Shown one piece after another: positions 47,548 to 58,448 of a DNA stretch of 58,448 nt. The notes beneath the pieces were generated by a model, which was given only the letters and a program-made list of their open reading frames with translations, was not told where the DNA came from and searched no databases. Source of the stretch: an uncultured bacterium (GTDB lineage Bacteria; Acidobacteriota; Thermoanaerobaculia; Multivoradales; JAHZIX01). The translations under genes were made by a program, and so were the position numbers. The DNA lies in the NCBI GenBank assembly GCA_965368975.1, contig CBDUPA010000029.1, positions 1 through 58,448 on the forward strand, given 5' to 3'. Numbering within the stretch: position 1 is the first letter of the stretch; every line of letters begins with the position of its first letter.

Positions 47548-47833
47548 GATTTCACACTGATGATGCTTGCGAACAGCCTCACCCCATCGTCCGTCACATA
47601 CTCGGAGGGTGAACCTCGGCTTGCCCGTCTCCTCCGCGAGACAGGTCTCCCTCACGAGAACGACGGTCGAGTCTCGGGCGCGGGCTGCTTTCACTATGGG
47701 AGCGCTCCGTGCGAGGAGCTGTCGAACCACAAGAGCGGAGCTTTCTTCTCGGAAGGCCACCGCACGGGCGAGGTCCGTCCACACGCGCAAGCATCCAAGC
47801 TCCACCGAAATCCCAACAAGGAGGGCTGACACG

Positions 47834-48064
47834 ATGGTCGAACTGGAGTCGCTGAAACAGCATCTGATCGCCACCAGCGAGAGCTACCGCCAGTTGTACG
47901 AACAGCACCAAGATTGCGAACGCCAGCTGGACGAGATCAACCAGAAGTCCTTCCTGTCGCAGGAAGACGAGGTCCAGGAAAAGCAACTCAAGATCCAGAA
48001 GCTCCACCTGAAAGATCAGATGCAGGTGGTACTGCAGGAGCACCAGACCGAGAACGTCGCCTGA
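47834..48064 (+). CDS. DUF465/YdcH family small coiled-coil protein
   Basis: 76 aa, YRQLYEQHQDCERQL...EKQLKIQKLHLKDQM; AAGGAGG RBS before ATG 47834. Confidence 0.88.
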   Translation: MVELESLKQHLIATSESYRQLYEQHQDCERQLDEINQKSFLSQEDEVQEKQLKIQKLHLKDQMQVVLQEHQTENVA

Positions 48065-48090
48065 AACCGACTACCTGAGCGAGGTCCCAG

Positions 48091-48141
48091 ATCCTCACCT
48101 TCCGGGGTCACGACCCCAGGGTGGGGATTTTCTCTCTGTTT
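48091..48141 (+). terminator. Probable intrinsic terminator
   Basis: ATCCTCACC...GGGGTC AC GACCCC...GGTGGGGAT nested stem followed by TTTCTCTCTGTTTT. Confidence 0.6.
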
Positions 48142-48222
48142 TCGGCAGTTTCAACCGGGCCATGGCGGTTTCTCACGATCCAATTGGCCCCATCCGTCGA
48201 CTCATCCTCTATGATTGCCACC

Positions 48223-48912
48223 ATGAGATTCGTCAAAGAAGCCTGGCCCTTCGTTGTACCCTTCGGTCTGCTGGCCGCCCTCTTCGCGAGCCTGCGCCGC
48301 ACCGGTTGGACCCTCCTGTGCTTGCTCACCGGCGGGCTCGTCCTGCTCTTCTTCCGCGACCCCGAACGCCGCTTCCGGGGCGCCGACAACCTGATGTTGG
48401 CTCCGGCCGACGGCAAGATCCTGGCCGTCGACATGGTCGAGGATCCGCAGCTCGGCCCGGGGATCCACCGCCGCATCATCACCTTCCTCTCGGTTTTCGA
48501 CGTGCATGTCCAGCGCGTGCCGACGAGCGGCGAGGTGGTGGCGTCGTCGTTGACCCGTGGACGCAAGCTGGCAGCCTTCGACGCCCGTGCCGGCGAGGTC
48601 AACGAACAGCACCTGACCGTCATCCAGCGCGCCGGAGGCGACCGCATCGGTGTGCGCCAGATCGCAGGCCTGGTCGCCCGCCGGGTGGTCAGCTACCTGG
48701 ACGAGGGGGACGTGGTTCGGCGTGGTGAACACCTCGGCGTGATCAAGTTCGGCTCGCGCGTCGACCTGCTGGTCCCCGCCGACTATCGCGTGGTGGTGCA
48801 GGAAGGCGACCGGGTGGTCAGCGGACTCACGGTCATGGCCCTGGCCCCCGAGAGTGCAACGACCTCTGGAGACGCAACCGACTCCGAGTCGAGGCGCGAC
48901 GCACGGGTATGA
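48223..48912 (+). CDS. psd: Phosphatidylserine decarboxylase (Psd-related type)
   Basis: FFRDPER, APADGKI, FLSVFDVHVQR, QIAGLVARR, KFGSRVD self-cleavage motif. Confidence 0.93.
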   Translation: MRFVKEAWPFVVPFGLLAALFASLRRTGWTLLCLLTGGLVLLFFRDPERRFRGADNLMLAPADGKILAVDMVEDPQLGPGIHRRIITFLSVFDVHVQRVPTSGEVVASSLTRGRKLAAFDARAGEVNEQHLTVIQRAGGDRIGVRQIAGLVARRVVSYLDEGDVVRRGEHLGVIKFGSRVDLLVPADYRVVVQEGDRVVSGLTVMALAPESATTSGDATDSESRRDARV

Positions 48913-49745
48913 CGCGCACCGCGGCCGACGCGACGACCGAAGCCGAGAGCAGCAAGCGTCGGCGCGTCCGGCAGCGGCTGCGCGGCGGCGCCTTTCTGCT
49001 CCCCGGCCTGTTCACCGTCGGCAATATCGTGCTCGGCTTCATGGCCGTCACCCAGGGGCTGCGCGGACGCTTCGACCAGGCGGTACTGCTGATCTTCTTT
49101 GCCGCCGTCCTGGACGCACTCGACGGCCGCATCGCCCGCATGACCGGCACCGAGAGCGAGTTCGGCAAGGAGTTCGACTCCCTGGCCGACGTCCTCACCT
49201 TCGGCATGTCACCGGCGCTGCTGACCTACTTCTGGGGTCTCGAGGATGGCCAGCATCTGCTCGGTCGTGCCGGCTGGTTGATCCCCGCGTTCTTCCTCAT
49301 CTGCACGGCTACCCGCCTGGCGCGCTTCAATGTCCAGATCAAACTGGTCGACTCGCGCTACTTCGTCGGCCTTCCGACGCCGGCAGCCGCCGGCGGCGTG
49401 TGCGCCGCGCTGTTCACCTTGCCCGTCCCCTCGAGCTTCGACGATCCCCAGGTCGCCAAAGCCGTCACCACCACCTTGCTAGCTGTCGTTTTCCTACTCG
49501 GCGCACTGATGGTCTCGAACTTCCGCTATCCCAGCTTCAAACGCCTCGACTTACAGCGGCGCCGTAGCTACCGCCTGATGCTGCCGGTGGCCGTGCTGCT
49601 GCTGCTCGCGGCTTGGCGCCCGGCCTGGTTCTTCGTCGGCATCGCCGCCGTCTACACGCTGGCTGGCCCGACGAACTGGCTGCTCGGCCGCCGTTGGGGC
49701 GCTGGCAAGTCACCGACTCATCCACAGGAGACTCCCCCTTCATGA
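48909..49745 (+). CDS. pssA: CDP-diacylglycerol--serine O-phosphatidyltransferase
   Basis: DALDGRIARMTGTESEFGKEFDSLADVLTFG (CDP-alcohol motif), RLARFNVQ, FVGLPTP; ATGA overlap with psd. Confidence 0.95.
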   Translation: MTRTAADATTEAESSKRRRVRQRLRGGAFLLPGLFTVGNIVLGFMAVTQGLRGRFDQAVLLIFFAAVLDALDGRIARMTGTESEFGKEFDSLADVLTFGMSPALLTYFWGLEDGQHLLGRAGWLIPAFFLICTATRLARFNVQIKLVDSRYFVGLPTPAAAGGVCAALFTLPVPSSFDDPQVAKAVTTTLLAVVFLLGALMVSNFRYPSFKRLDLQRRRSYRLMLPVAVLLLLAAWRPAWFFVGIAAVYTLAGPTNWLLGRRWGAGKSPTHPQETPPS

Positions 49746-50740
49746 GCGTGCTTGCCATGCTGCACTCCACCGACCTGCTGGGCCGCGAGATCCGCCTTCA
49801 GCTCGACCAACACAGCCGCTGGTGGCAGGAACTCCGGCTGTTGACGACGATCGAAGACGAGGTCGGGATCCTGACCGAGACCCGCGGCGGCGCCGGCATG
49901 GTGCAACGCTTCGAGCCGGCGAGTCTGGACGGCGCCGACGTGGTGCTCTTCGGCGGCCCGCTGGAAGGCAACCGCCAGGCGCTGGCCGCTTTGCCGGTCG
50001 GTGCGACGGGACTGCTGCTGTCCTTCGACGCCAGCGCCGAGGAGGGCCGCCCGATCGTCGCTGGCGTCAACCTGGAGCAGGCCGAGCGGCAGCAGGTCCT
50101 GCTCAGCCCGCACCCGGCTGCGGTTGCCGTCAGCCACCTCCTACATCCCCTGCGCAAACTCGGCCTGCGATCCGTCAGCGGCACCGTCGTCCAGCCAGCG
50201 TCGCTGCACAACCAGGCGGGCCTGGACGAGCTATTCGAGCAGACACGCGCCATTCTCGCTTTCGCGCCCGAACGCCCGACTACGGTCTTCGGCACTCAGC
50301 TGGCCTACAACCTCCTGCCCACCGGCGACGGCCCACGCATCGCCGACCTGACCCGCGCGGTCCTCGGTGACGACACCGCCGAGCTGCCGCTGGCACTGCA
50401 AGTCTTGCAAGGCGGCATCTTCCACGGAGTCTCGGCCAGCCTGTATGTCGAACTCGGCTCGGACAGTCTGCCTGCCGAGCAGCTTCGCACCGAGACGGTC
50501 GCTGACCTGCTCGACGACCAGGAGTTGATCGAAACGCTCGACGAAGACGAAGCGCCGCTCACCGGTCCGGTCGACGCCGCCGCCCGCGACGACGTGCTCT
50601 TGGCGCACGTACGTGCTGACCCGCGGCGTCCCGGTGCCTTCTGGATCTGGGGACTGATGGACAACTTGACGCTAGGCGGCGCCGCCAACGTCATGCAGAT
50701 CTTGCAGCACACCCTGTGGAGTGGCCAGACGGACGCCTGA
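49742..50740 (+). CDS. Asd/USG-like semialdehyde dehydrogenase-fold protein, apparently lacking the catalytic Cys
   Basis: IVAGVN, SPHPAA in place of NPNC, QPAS..GLDELFEQT, QLAYNLLP, FHG, W...DNL..GGAAN; ATGA overlap with pssA. Confidence 0.8.
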   Translation: MSVLAMLHSTDLLGREIRLQLDQHSRWWQELRLLTTIEDEVGILTETRGGAGMVQRFEPASLDGADVVLFGGPLEGNRQALAALPVGATGLLLSFDASAEEGRPIVAGVNLEQAERQQVLLSPHPAAVAVSHLLHPLRKLGLRSVSGTVVQPASLHNQAGLDELFEQTRAILAFAPERPTTVFGTQLAYNLLPTGDGPRIADLTRAVLGDDTAELPLALQVLQGGIFHGVSASLYVELGSDSLPAEQLRTETVADLLDDQELIETLDEDEAPLTGPVDAAARDDVLLAHVRADPRRPGAFWIWGLMDNLTLGGAANVMQILQHTLWSGQTDA

Positions 50741-50742
50741 GC

Positions 50743-52560
50743 ATGGCTGCAGAGACCGAAGCAGCTTCCTTGGGACCGCCGCGCGAGGCGGTGCATCCCG
50801 GGTCCCAGAACCAGCCCGAGTTCCAGAGCCAGCCCGAGCCCCCTCGGCGTCTGGCGGCATGGCTCATCCTGCTGGCGAGCCTCACGATCCCGCTGCTGAT
50901 CGTGCTGCGTATCCCAGGGCCGGTCTTCTTCAGCGGCGATGCTGGTATCAAGCTCCTGCTAGTGCAGCAGTTGCTGAGCCCGGCACGCACAGAGTTGCCC
51001 TACCTGCACCACGATCTGCTGGACGATCCGCGGCGGGCCTGGGTGGCAGAGTTGTGGCAGGACCCCCGCATCTTTCCCTACGAGCCTCCCTTCGTCTACA
51101 GCGTACCCTCGGGCGGCACGGCTGCCTCCGGCACGTCCAGTAGCTCCAGCAACACCAGCGACTCGGACGGCATCCGGCAGCTGGCGGTCTTCCCGCTCCT
51201 CTTCCCGCTGCTCAGCACCCCGGGTTACCTGCTCTTCGGCGTACCCGGACTGCGCCTACTGCCACTGCTGTCGATCGGCCTCTTCGGCTGGGTCCTGTAC
51301 CGCTGTGTACGGCGCCTGAACCTGGACACCGAGGCCTCCACGCTCACCCTCGCCTTCGCGCTGCTGGCATCCCCGATACCGCTCTACGGTGCCCTGGTGT
51401 GGGAGCATGCACCCGCGCTGCTGCTCACCTTCTTGGGCCTGGAAGCCGTGCTGAGCGGACCACCGCGTAGCCTGGCCGGTCGCCTGGCACTCGGCGTGCT
51501 CACCGGGCTGGCGGTGTGGCTACGCCCAGAAGCCGCCCTCTTCCTGGGTTTGCTGGCCATCCTGTGGTGGCCGCCGCGCGCCGAGCTGCGCCGCTGGCTC
51601 CCCGTCGGGCTGGCGGGAGGCTTGACTTTGATCGGCTTCGTGGTCGCCAACCAAGGACTCTACGGCCACCCACTCGGGGCCCATAGCTTCCAGCTCCTGG
51701 CCACGGACGACAAACCGCTGCCGGTGACCTTCAAGATCCTGACACCCTGGCAGGTCTTCACCGAGCACCTGAGTCTCCTCCAGGCAACGTTTCCCACCGC
51801 ACTCGCTTGCCTCCTCGCCCTCGGTTCAAGCTGGCTCCATCGCGCCAGTCCGTCCCAGCACTACAGTCGATCTCAGCAATGGCGCCTGGCCACGCTGGCT
51901 GTACTCTTCCTCATCCTGGTCTCGTTCTTGGTGCCGAACGCTGGCGGCAAGCAGTGGGGACCGCGCTATCTGCTGCCGATCCTGCCCGCCCTGGCGCTAC
52001 TCGCGGGCTTGCAATGGCAGAATGCCCGCGCAGCTCTGGTGCAGGTGCCGCACGGCGCTTCCCTGCCCCACAAGGGCTGGTGGCGACGCGCTGCGAGCGT
52101 GGTCGTTCTCGTGCTGTTCACCGGCACCCTGCTGCTTGGCCTGAGCCGCAACGCCCTGGCCGGCAGTCAGCACCTGCTCAACGATTTCCGGCTGCGCATC
52201 TACCCCGGGCTGACCTACCTGCAGCACAGCGATGACGAGGTCATCGTCTTCGGCAACCAGTGGGTACCGCAGGAGATGGCGGTCGAGTTCCATCGCCGCC
52301 AGTTCCTGCGCTTCCAGGACGGTCCCAGCCTGCACCGGCTGGCGCGAACGCTGGTGGATCACGGCCACAGCAGTGTCCTCTACCTGACGAACATCGGCAC
52401 GGCGCGGCCGCCGGTGCGCCTGCAGCTGAGCTATCACGATGGCCAGACCATCGACATGCGTCTGGAAGTCATCGCCCAGCTGGGCGACACCGGCGCATTG
52501 CGCCTGCACCTTGAACCCTGGATCGAAGGGCCTCTGGTCGAACAGCCGGCGCCGAACTAA
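50743..52560 (+). CDS. Polytopic membrane protein, probable GT-C (PMT/ArnT-like) glycosyltransferase
   Basis: FFSGDAGIK after TM1, VWEHAP, WLRPEA, QWGPRYLLP, many TM segments. Confidence 0.7.
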   Translation: MAAETEAASLGPPREAVHPGSQNQPEFQSQPEPPRRLAAWLILLASLTIPLLIVLRIPGPVFFSGDAGIKLLLVQQLLSPARTELPYLHHDLLDDPRRAWVAELWQDPRIFPYEPPFVYSVPSGGTAASGTSSSSSNTSDSDGIRQLAVFPLLFPLLSTPGYLLFGVPGLRLLPLLSIGLFGWVLYRCVRRLNLDTEASTLTLAFALLASPIPLYGALVWEHAPALLLTFLGLEAVLSGPPRSLAGRLALGVLTGLAVWLRPEAALFLGLLAILWWPPRAELRRWLPVGLAGGLTLIGFVVANQGLYGHPLGAHSFQLLATDDKPLPVTFKILTPWQVFTEHLSLLQATFPTALACLLALGSSWLHRASPSQHYSRSQQWRLATLAVLFLILVSFLVPNAGGKQWGPRYLLPILPALALLAGLQWQNARAALVQVPHGASLPHKGWWRRAASVVVLVLFTGTLLLGLSRNALAGSQHLLNDFRLRIYPGLTYLQHSDDEVIVFGNQWVPQEMAVEFHRRQFLRFQDGPSLHRLARTLVDHGHSSVLYLTNIGTARPPVRLQLSYHDGQTIDMRLEVIAQLGDTGALRLHLEPWIEGPLVEQPAPN

Positions 52561-53069
52561 GCCTCTTCGGTCTCTTCGCTACGCAGGCCACCGCGCGCGA
52601 TCAGTGCCTCGACCATCAGCAAGTTCTGCTCACCGGCACGCTTCACCAGCGACAGCAACGACTCCATCAGGTTCTCTTCCTCCTGCTGCTCCTCGACGAA
52701 CCAGTCGAGGAACAGGAGCGCGAAGCGGTTGCGGTCGGCTTCGGCCTGCTTGACCAGCTCCATGATCTGCGCCGTCACCGTCTGCTCGGACTTGAGCGAC
52801 ATCGCGACGGCCTCCTCGGCCGACCTGATGCTGTGGGGTGCCGCCGGGATCTCGGGGATCTGTACCGGCGTGCCGGTATCGACCAGGAACTTGACGAACT
52901 TCATCGCATGCTCGTGTTCCTCGGTCGCCTGCTCGTAGTAGAACTCGGCCAGCGCCGGCAGGGTTTCCTGGTCGAAGTAGGCGGCGATGGTGATGTACTT
53001 GGTATGGGCTTGCAGCTCGTTGGCGATCTGCTGATTCAGGCCTTTGGCCAGCTTCTTGCTAACAGGCAT
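52557..53069 (-). CDS. ftnA: Ferritin (non-haem, FtnA-type)
   Basis: [36 protein letters not shown] ferroxidase ligands; AGGAG RBS. Confidence 0.92.
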   Translation of the reverse strand: MPVSKKLAKGLNQQIANELQAHTKYITIAAYFDQETLPALAEFYYEQATEEHEHAMKFVKFLVDTGTPVQIPEIPAAPHSIRSAEEAVAMSLKSEQTVTAQIMELVKQAEADRNRFALLFLDWFVEEQQEEENLMESLLSLVKRAGEQNLLMVEALIARGGLRSEETEEA

Positions 53070-53086
53070 CTTCTGTCTCCTGGAGG

Positions 53087-53130
53087 GTCTTCTCTGGCGT
53101 CGTCTTCTCTGGCGTCGTCTTCATCTGGCG
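53087..53130. repeat. 15-bp tandem repeat (TCTTCTCTGGCGTCG, ~3 copies) in the sdaA-ferritin spacer
   Basis: tcttctctggcgtcg tcttctctggcgtcg tcttcatctggcg. Confidence 0.75.
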
Positions 53131-53169
53131 TGGTCTGCACACTGCCAGCGGTGGCAGCGAAGTCCAACG

Positions 53170-54576
<1,407 letters not shown>

Positions 54577-54659
54577 GAGGTCTCCTTCGAGCGCCGCATT
54601 GTACGCTAGCTGAGCTGCCATCGGGGCAAGCACGGGATCGCGGGATGCCCTCGCTCGGT

Positions 54660-54668
54660 TGCTATACT
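54660..54668 (+). promoter_or_regulatory. Possible extended -10 promoter element for the trxB operon
   Basis: TGCTATACT in the divergent sdaA/trxB spacer; no clear -35. Confidence 0.4.
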
Positions 54669-54819
54669 CCGCCCATCGTGGCCGCGTCGATCCGGGCCAC
54701 AGACCCCGACACATCCGGTTCACCCCGCAACGACGAATCACCTCGAGAGTTCCACCCGCGGCCATCACCAACGTCCTCTTCCGCGTGATGGCGCAGTTTC
54801 AAGAAAGCCGAATCAGAGT

Positions 54820-55770
54820 ATGCCTTCCAACGCAGAGCATCATCGCGTCGTCATCGTCGGCTCCGGTCCCGCCGGCTTGACGGCAGCCCTCTATACCGCC
54901 CGTGCCGGCCTGACCCCGATGGTGCTCGCCGGCAACCAGCCCGGCGGCCAGTTGACCATCACCACCGACGTCGAGAACTATCCCGGCTTCGCCGAGGGCA
55001 TCCTCGGCCCCGAACTGATGGAAGCCATGCGCAAGCAGGTACAGCGCTTCGGTACCGTCATCAAGGACTTCGAACCAGTCACCGAAGTCGACCTCGACCA
55101 GCGCCCGTTCCGCCTGACCACCGACGGCGGCGCCGTCTACACCGCCGACGCCCTGATCGTCGCGCTCGGGGCCTCGGCCAAGCTGCTCGGCCTGCCCAAA
55201 GAGACCGAGCTGATGGGCTACGGCGTCTCGGCCTGCGCCACCTGTGACGGCTTCTTCTTCAAGGAGAAGGAGATCGTCGTGGTCGGCGGCGGCGACACCG
55301 CGATGGAAGAAGCCACCTACCTGACCAAGTTCGCCTCCAAGGTCACCGTCATCCACCGCCGCGCTGAGCTGCGTGCGTCCAAGGTGATGCAGGATCGCGC
55401 GTTCAAGAACCCGAAGATCGAATTCGCCTGGAACAAGGTCGTCGTCGATGTGCTCGGTGACCGTGAGAACCAGGTGCACGGCGTGCTGCTCGAAGACACC
55501 CAGACCGGCGAGCGCACCGAGTTCCCGTGTCAAGGCATGTTCCTGGCCATCGGCCACCAGCCCAACACCGCTGCCTTCGAGGGCAAGCTCGACCTCGACG
55601 ATGTCGGCTACATTCAAGTGCAGCACCCGACGACGCACACCAACATCGAGGGCGTCTTCGCTTGCGGCGACGCCATGGACCCGACCTACCGCCAGGCCAT
55701 TACCGCCGCCGGTAGCGGCTGCCGCGCCGCCATCGACGCCGAGCGCTGGCTGGAGGAACAAGAAGGATGA
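54820..55770 (+). CDS. trxB: Thioredoxin reductase
   Basis: [48 protein letters not shown]. Confidence 0.98.
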   Translation: MPSNAEHHRVVIVGSGPAGLTAALYTARAGLTPMVLAGNQPGGQLTITTDVENYPGFAEGILGPELMEAMRKQVQRFGTVIKDFEPVTEVDLDQRPFRLTTDGGAVYTADALIVALGASAKLLGLPKETELMGYGVSACATCDGFFFKEKEIVVVGGGDTAMEEATYLTKFASKVTVIHRRAELRASKVMQDRAFKNPKIEFAWNKVVVDVLGDRENQVHGVLLEDTQTGERTEFPCQGMFLAIGHQPNTAAFEGKLDLDDVGYIQVQHPTTHTNIEGVFACGDAMDPTYRQAITAAGSGCRAAIDAERWLEEQEG

Positions 55771-57275
55771 GCCAAGCATCCAAGCACCCTCACACCGTGG
55801 GTGCTCTCAAAGCCAGCGGCTACCGCCCGCGCTCGATCCGCCAAGAGCTGCGTGACAACGTTCGCCAAGCCCTGGCCGACGGCAGGCGCCTGTTCCCGGG
55901 CGTGCTGGGCTACGATCGCACCGTCATTCCCGGCGTCGTCAACGCCTTGCTCGCCGGGCACGATTTCATTCTGCTCGGCCTGCGCGGCCAGGCCAAGACC
56001 CGCATCCTGCGGGGCCTGACCGACTTCTTAGACCCTGAAGTGCCGGTACTGGTGGGCGGCGACCTCAACGACGACCCACTGGCTCCAGTCTCGACTTCGG
56101 CGCTCCGCATCCTCGACCAAGCCGGCGATGACGCGCCCGTCGAGTGGCTACCGCGCGCGGCACGCTACAACGAGAAGCTGGCCACCCCGGACGTGGCCAT
56201 CGCCGACCTGCTCGGCGACATCGACCCGATCAAAGCCGCCACGCGCAAGCTCACCTTCGCCGACCCCGAGGTCATCCACTTCGGCATCATCCCGCGCACC
56301 AACCGCGGCATCTTCGCCATCAACGAGCTGCCCGACCTGGCGCCGCGCATCCAGGTCGGCCTGTTCAACATCCTCGAAGAACGCGACTTGCAGATCCGCG
56401 GCTTCCCTGTGCGCATCCCCCTGGACATGCTGTTGGTTTTCTCCGCCAACCCGGAGGACTACACCAACCGCGGCAGCATCATCACGCCGCTCAAGGACCG
56501 TATTTCGTCGCAGATCCTGACCCACTACCCGCCCGACATCGAGACCTCGGCCGCCATCACCGCCCAGGAGGCCTGGACCGAGCGCGACGTGCCGGCGGTG
56601 CGCGTCACCGACGAGGTCCGCCTGCTGATCGAAGAGATCACCGTCACCGCGCGCGACAGCGAGCTGATCGATCAGGCGTCAGGCGTCAGCGCCCGCGTCG
56701 CCATCTCGGCGCTCGAACTACTCGTCTCCAACCTCGAACGGCGCGCCCTGGTCACCGGTGACGACCCGGTCTACCCGCGCCTGTGCGACCTGCACACCCT
56801 GCTGCCGGCGATCACCGGCAAGGTCGAGATGGTCTATGAGGGCGAGCAAAAGGGCCCGGAAGTCGTGGCGCGTCAGATCATCGGCCAGGCCGTGCGCAAA
56901 GTGTTCGAGGAACGCTTCCCCGAGGTCGGCCGCGAGCTGGGTAGCGGCGGCGAGGACGACACCGGCCCCTACGCCGAGATCGTCGCCTGGTTCGCCGATG
57001 GCCATGAAGTGATGCTGTCCGACAACATGAAGTTCGACGACTACCACGCCGCCCTCGACGCCGTCCCCGGCCTGCTCGCTTTGGCGTCGAAGTATCGCGG
57101 TGGCAACAAAGCCGAGCAGGCCCTGGCCGCCGAGATCCTGCTCGAAGGCCTGCACCAGCACCTGAAGCTGGCACGCCACGACCTGGACAGCCAGGTGAGC
57201 TACAAGGAAATGGTCAAGTTCCAGCTGCTCAAGCCGAAGCGAGGCCGGAGCGGGCAGCGAGGGGATGTGAATTGA
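55767..57275 (+). CDS. Magnesium-chelatase ChlI-like AAA+ ATPase
   Basis: GLRGQAKT Walker [35 protein letters not shown]; ATGA overlap with trxB. Confidence 0.9.
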   Translation: MSQASKHPHTVGALKASGYRPRSIRQELRDNVRQALADGRRLFPGVLGYDRTVIPGVVNALLAGHDFILLGLRGQAKTRILRGLTDFLDPEVPVLVGGDLNDDPLAPVSTSALRILDQAGDDAPVEWLPRAARYNEKLATPDVAIADLLGDIDPIKAATRKLTFADPEVIHFGIIPRTNRGIFAINELPDLAPRIQVGLFNILEERDLQIRGFPVRIPLDMLLVFSANPEDYTNRGSIITPLKDRISSQILTHYPPDIETSAAITAQEAWTERDVPAVRVTDEVRLLIEEITVTARDSELIDQASGVSARVAISALELLVSNLERRALVTGDDPVYPRLCDLHTLLPAITGKVEMVYEGEQKGPEVVARQIIGQAVRKVFEERFPEVGRELGSGGEDDTGPYAEIVAWFADGHEVMLSDNMKFDDYHAALDAVPGLLALASKYRGGNKAEQALAAEILLEGLHQHLKLARHDLDSQVSYKEMVKFQLLKPKRGRSGQRGDVN

Positions 57276-57302
57276 GGCAATCGCCGGCTACCCATGTTCT
57301 GG

Positions 57303-57328
57303 GTAGGGGCACCCCCATGTGGGTGCCC
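57303..57328 (+). repeat. GTAG-type REP palindrome
   Basis: GTAG-GGGCACCC-CCATGT-GGGTGCCC; same architecture as 43973-43998. Confidence 0.7.
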
Positions 57329-57363
57329 TGCGGCGAGAGCCGCATCCGGACTCTGAAAGAACA

Positions 57364-58448
57364 ATGCGTCATACCTACACCTACCTCGACCCCGAGCTGA
57401 TCCGCCAGCTGCTCACCGACCAGGAGCTGCAGCGGCTGTTCAATCAGCTCGTGCTGGCCAGCGGTGGCAACGTCGACGAGGCGATGGAATGGATGCGCTA
57501 CCTGCAGGAGCAGGGGTACCTGAACGAAGATCTCGACCTCGACGCCTTCTTCGCCAAGCTGCAGGAGCAACAGCTGATCCAGGGCGACGGTGAGGGTGGC
57601 ATGGTGTTGACCGCGGGTGGCGAGCGGCGCATCCGTCGCGGTGCCTTCGAGCAGATCTTCGGCGACATTCAGCGCGCCGGCCCCGGCTACCACCCGGTAC
57701 GCGCCACCGGGGACGGCATCGAGCGGCTACCCGAGACGCGTCCCTACAAGTTCGGCGACGAGTTGCATCATCTCGATCCGACCCGCTCGCTACAGAATGC
57801 GCTACGCCGCACCCACGGCCGGCTTGACCTGGCCGAAGAAGACCTGGAAGTCCACGAAACCGAGCACCTCGCCTCCTGCGCCACCATTGTCGCCATCGAC
57901 ATCAGTCACTCGATGATCCTCTACGGCGAAGACCGCATCACCCCCGCCAAGACCGTCGCACTGGCGCTCACCGAGCTGATCACCACGAAGTACCCCAAGG
58001 ACTACCTGGGCGTGTTGCTGTTCGGTGATCGCGCCGAGCCCGTCGACCTGGCGGATCTGCCCTACATCGAGGCCGGGCCGTACCACACGAATACCGCCGA
58101 GGCTCTGCAACTCGGGCGCAGCATGCTCAGCCGTCAGAAGCAGCCCAACAAACAGATCTTCCTGATCACCGACGGCAAACCCTCCGCCATGACCGAAGGC
58201 GGCCGCGTGATCAAGAACCCCTTCGGCCTCGACATGCGCATCGTCAACCGCACCCTCGAAGAAGCCGACACCTGCCGCCGTCAGAGAGTCGTAATCACCA
58301 GCTTCATGCTCGCCACCGACCAGATGCTCACCGACTTCATCGAAAAACTCACCCAGGTCAACCGCGGCCGCGCCTACTTCGCGTCGCCGGACAACCTAGG
58401 GGAGTTCATCATGGCCGACTACATCCGCAATCGTCGCAGCCGAGTGCG
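57364..58448 (+). CDS. VWA (MIDAS) domain protein partnering the AAA+ ATPase, 3' partial
   Basis: Manual translation from ATG 57364: IDISHSM (DxSxS), GPYHTNT, ITDGKPS; open to the window end. Confidence 0.9.
   Translation, partial: MRHTYTYLDPELIRQLLTDQELQRLFNQLVLASGGNVDEAMEWMRYLQEQGYLNEDLDLDAFFAKLQEQQLIQGDGEGGMVLTAGGERRIRRGAFEQIFGDIQRAGPGYHPVRATGDGIERLPETRPYKFGDELHHLDPTRSLQNALRRTHGRLDLAEEDLEVHETEHLASCATIVAIDISHSMILYGEDRITPAKTVALALTELITTKYPKDYLGVLLFGDRAEPVDLADLPYIEAGPYHTNTAEALQLGRSMLSRQKQPNKQIFLITDGKPSAMTEGGRVIKNPFGLDMRIVNRTLEEADTCRRQRVVITSFMLATDQMLTDFIEKLTQVNRGRAYFASPDNLGEFIMADYIRNRRSRV

Noticed and set aside
55767-57275. Chlorophyll or cobalamin chelatase function
   Set aside because: There are no tetrapyrrole genes nearby. 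The protein fits the generic AAA+/VWA pair of non-phototrophs.

Overview
GC-rich bacterial DNA, probably Acidobacteriota (tandem ADOP-type orphan permeases and a rimI-DUF465-psd-pssA-asd-like arrangement; this is inference). Positions 1-37.7 kb form one co-oriented minus-strand NRPS biosynthetic cluster. It includes a giant NRPS that is missing from the ORF track because it runs off the left edge (TTG start at 19780, >6590 aa; ACP-C-A(Ala)-T-C-A(Val)-T-[C-A-T]x3-C-A...). The three complete repeated A domains carry an unusual Leu-clade pocket, DAWYIGHVTK. Upstream are two ABC/ADOP permeases, a LeuRS-derived protein that keeps the CP1 editing domain but lacks HIGH/KMSKS, a four-enzyme cassette (Fe-ADH, metal-free M24 hydrolase, ALDH, CaiC-like CoA ligase) and a degenerate stand-alone Glu-activating NRPS (C*-A-T-T*-C*). 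The best candidate novel system is an NRPS pathway that makes and polymerises a leucine-mimic amino acid, with a free-standing LeuRS editing paralog as self-protection or proofreader (hypothesis). The right part holds a CASTOR/POLLUX-like channel, an NTPase-TPR protein with ten 120-bp repeats, GTAG-type REP palindromes and housekeeping genes (mutS, rimI, psd, pssA, ferritin, sdaA, trxB, AAA+/VWA pair). Domain boundaries are approximate, and specificity codes were read by manual alignment to GrsA numbering.
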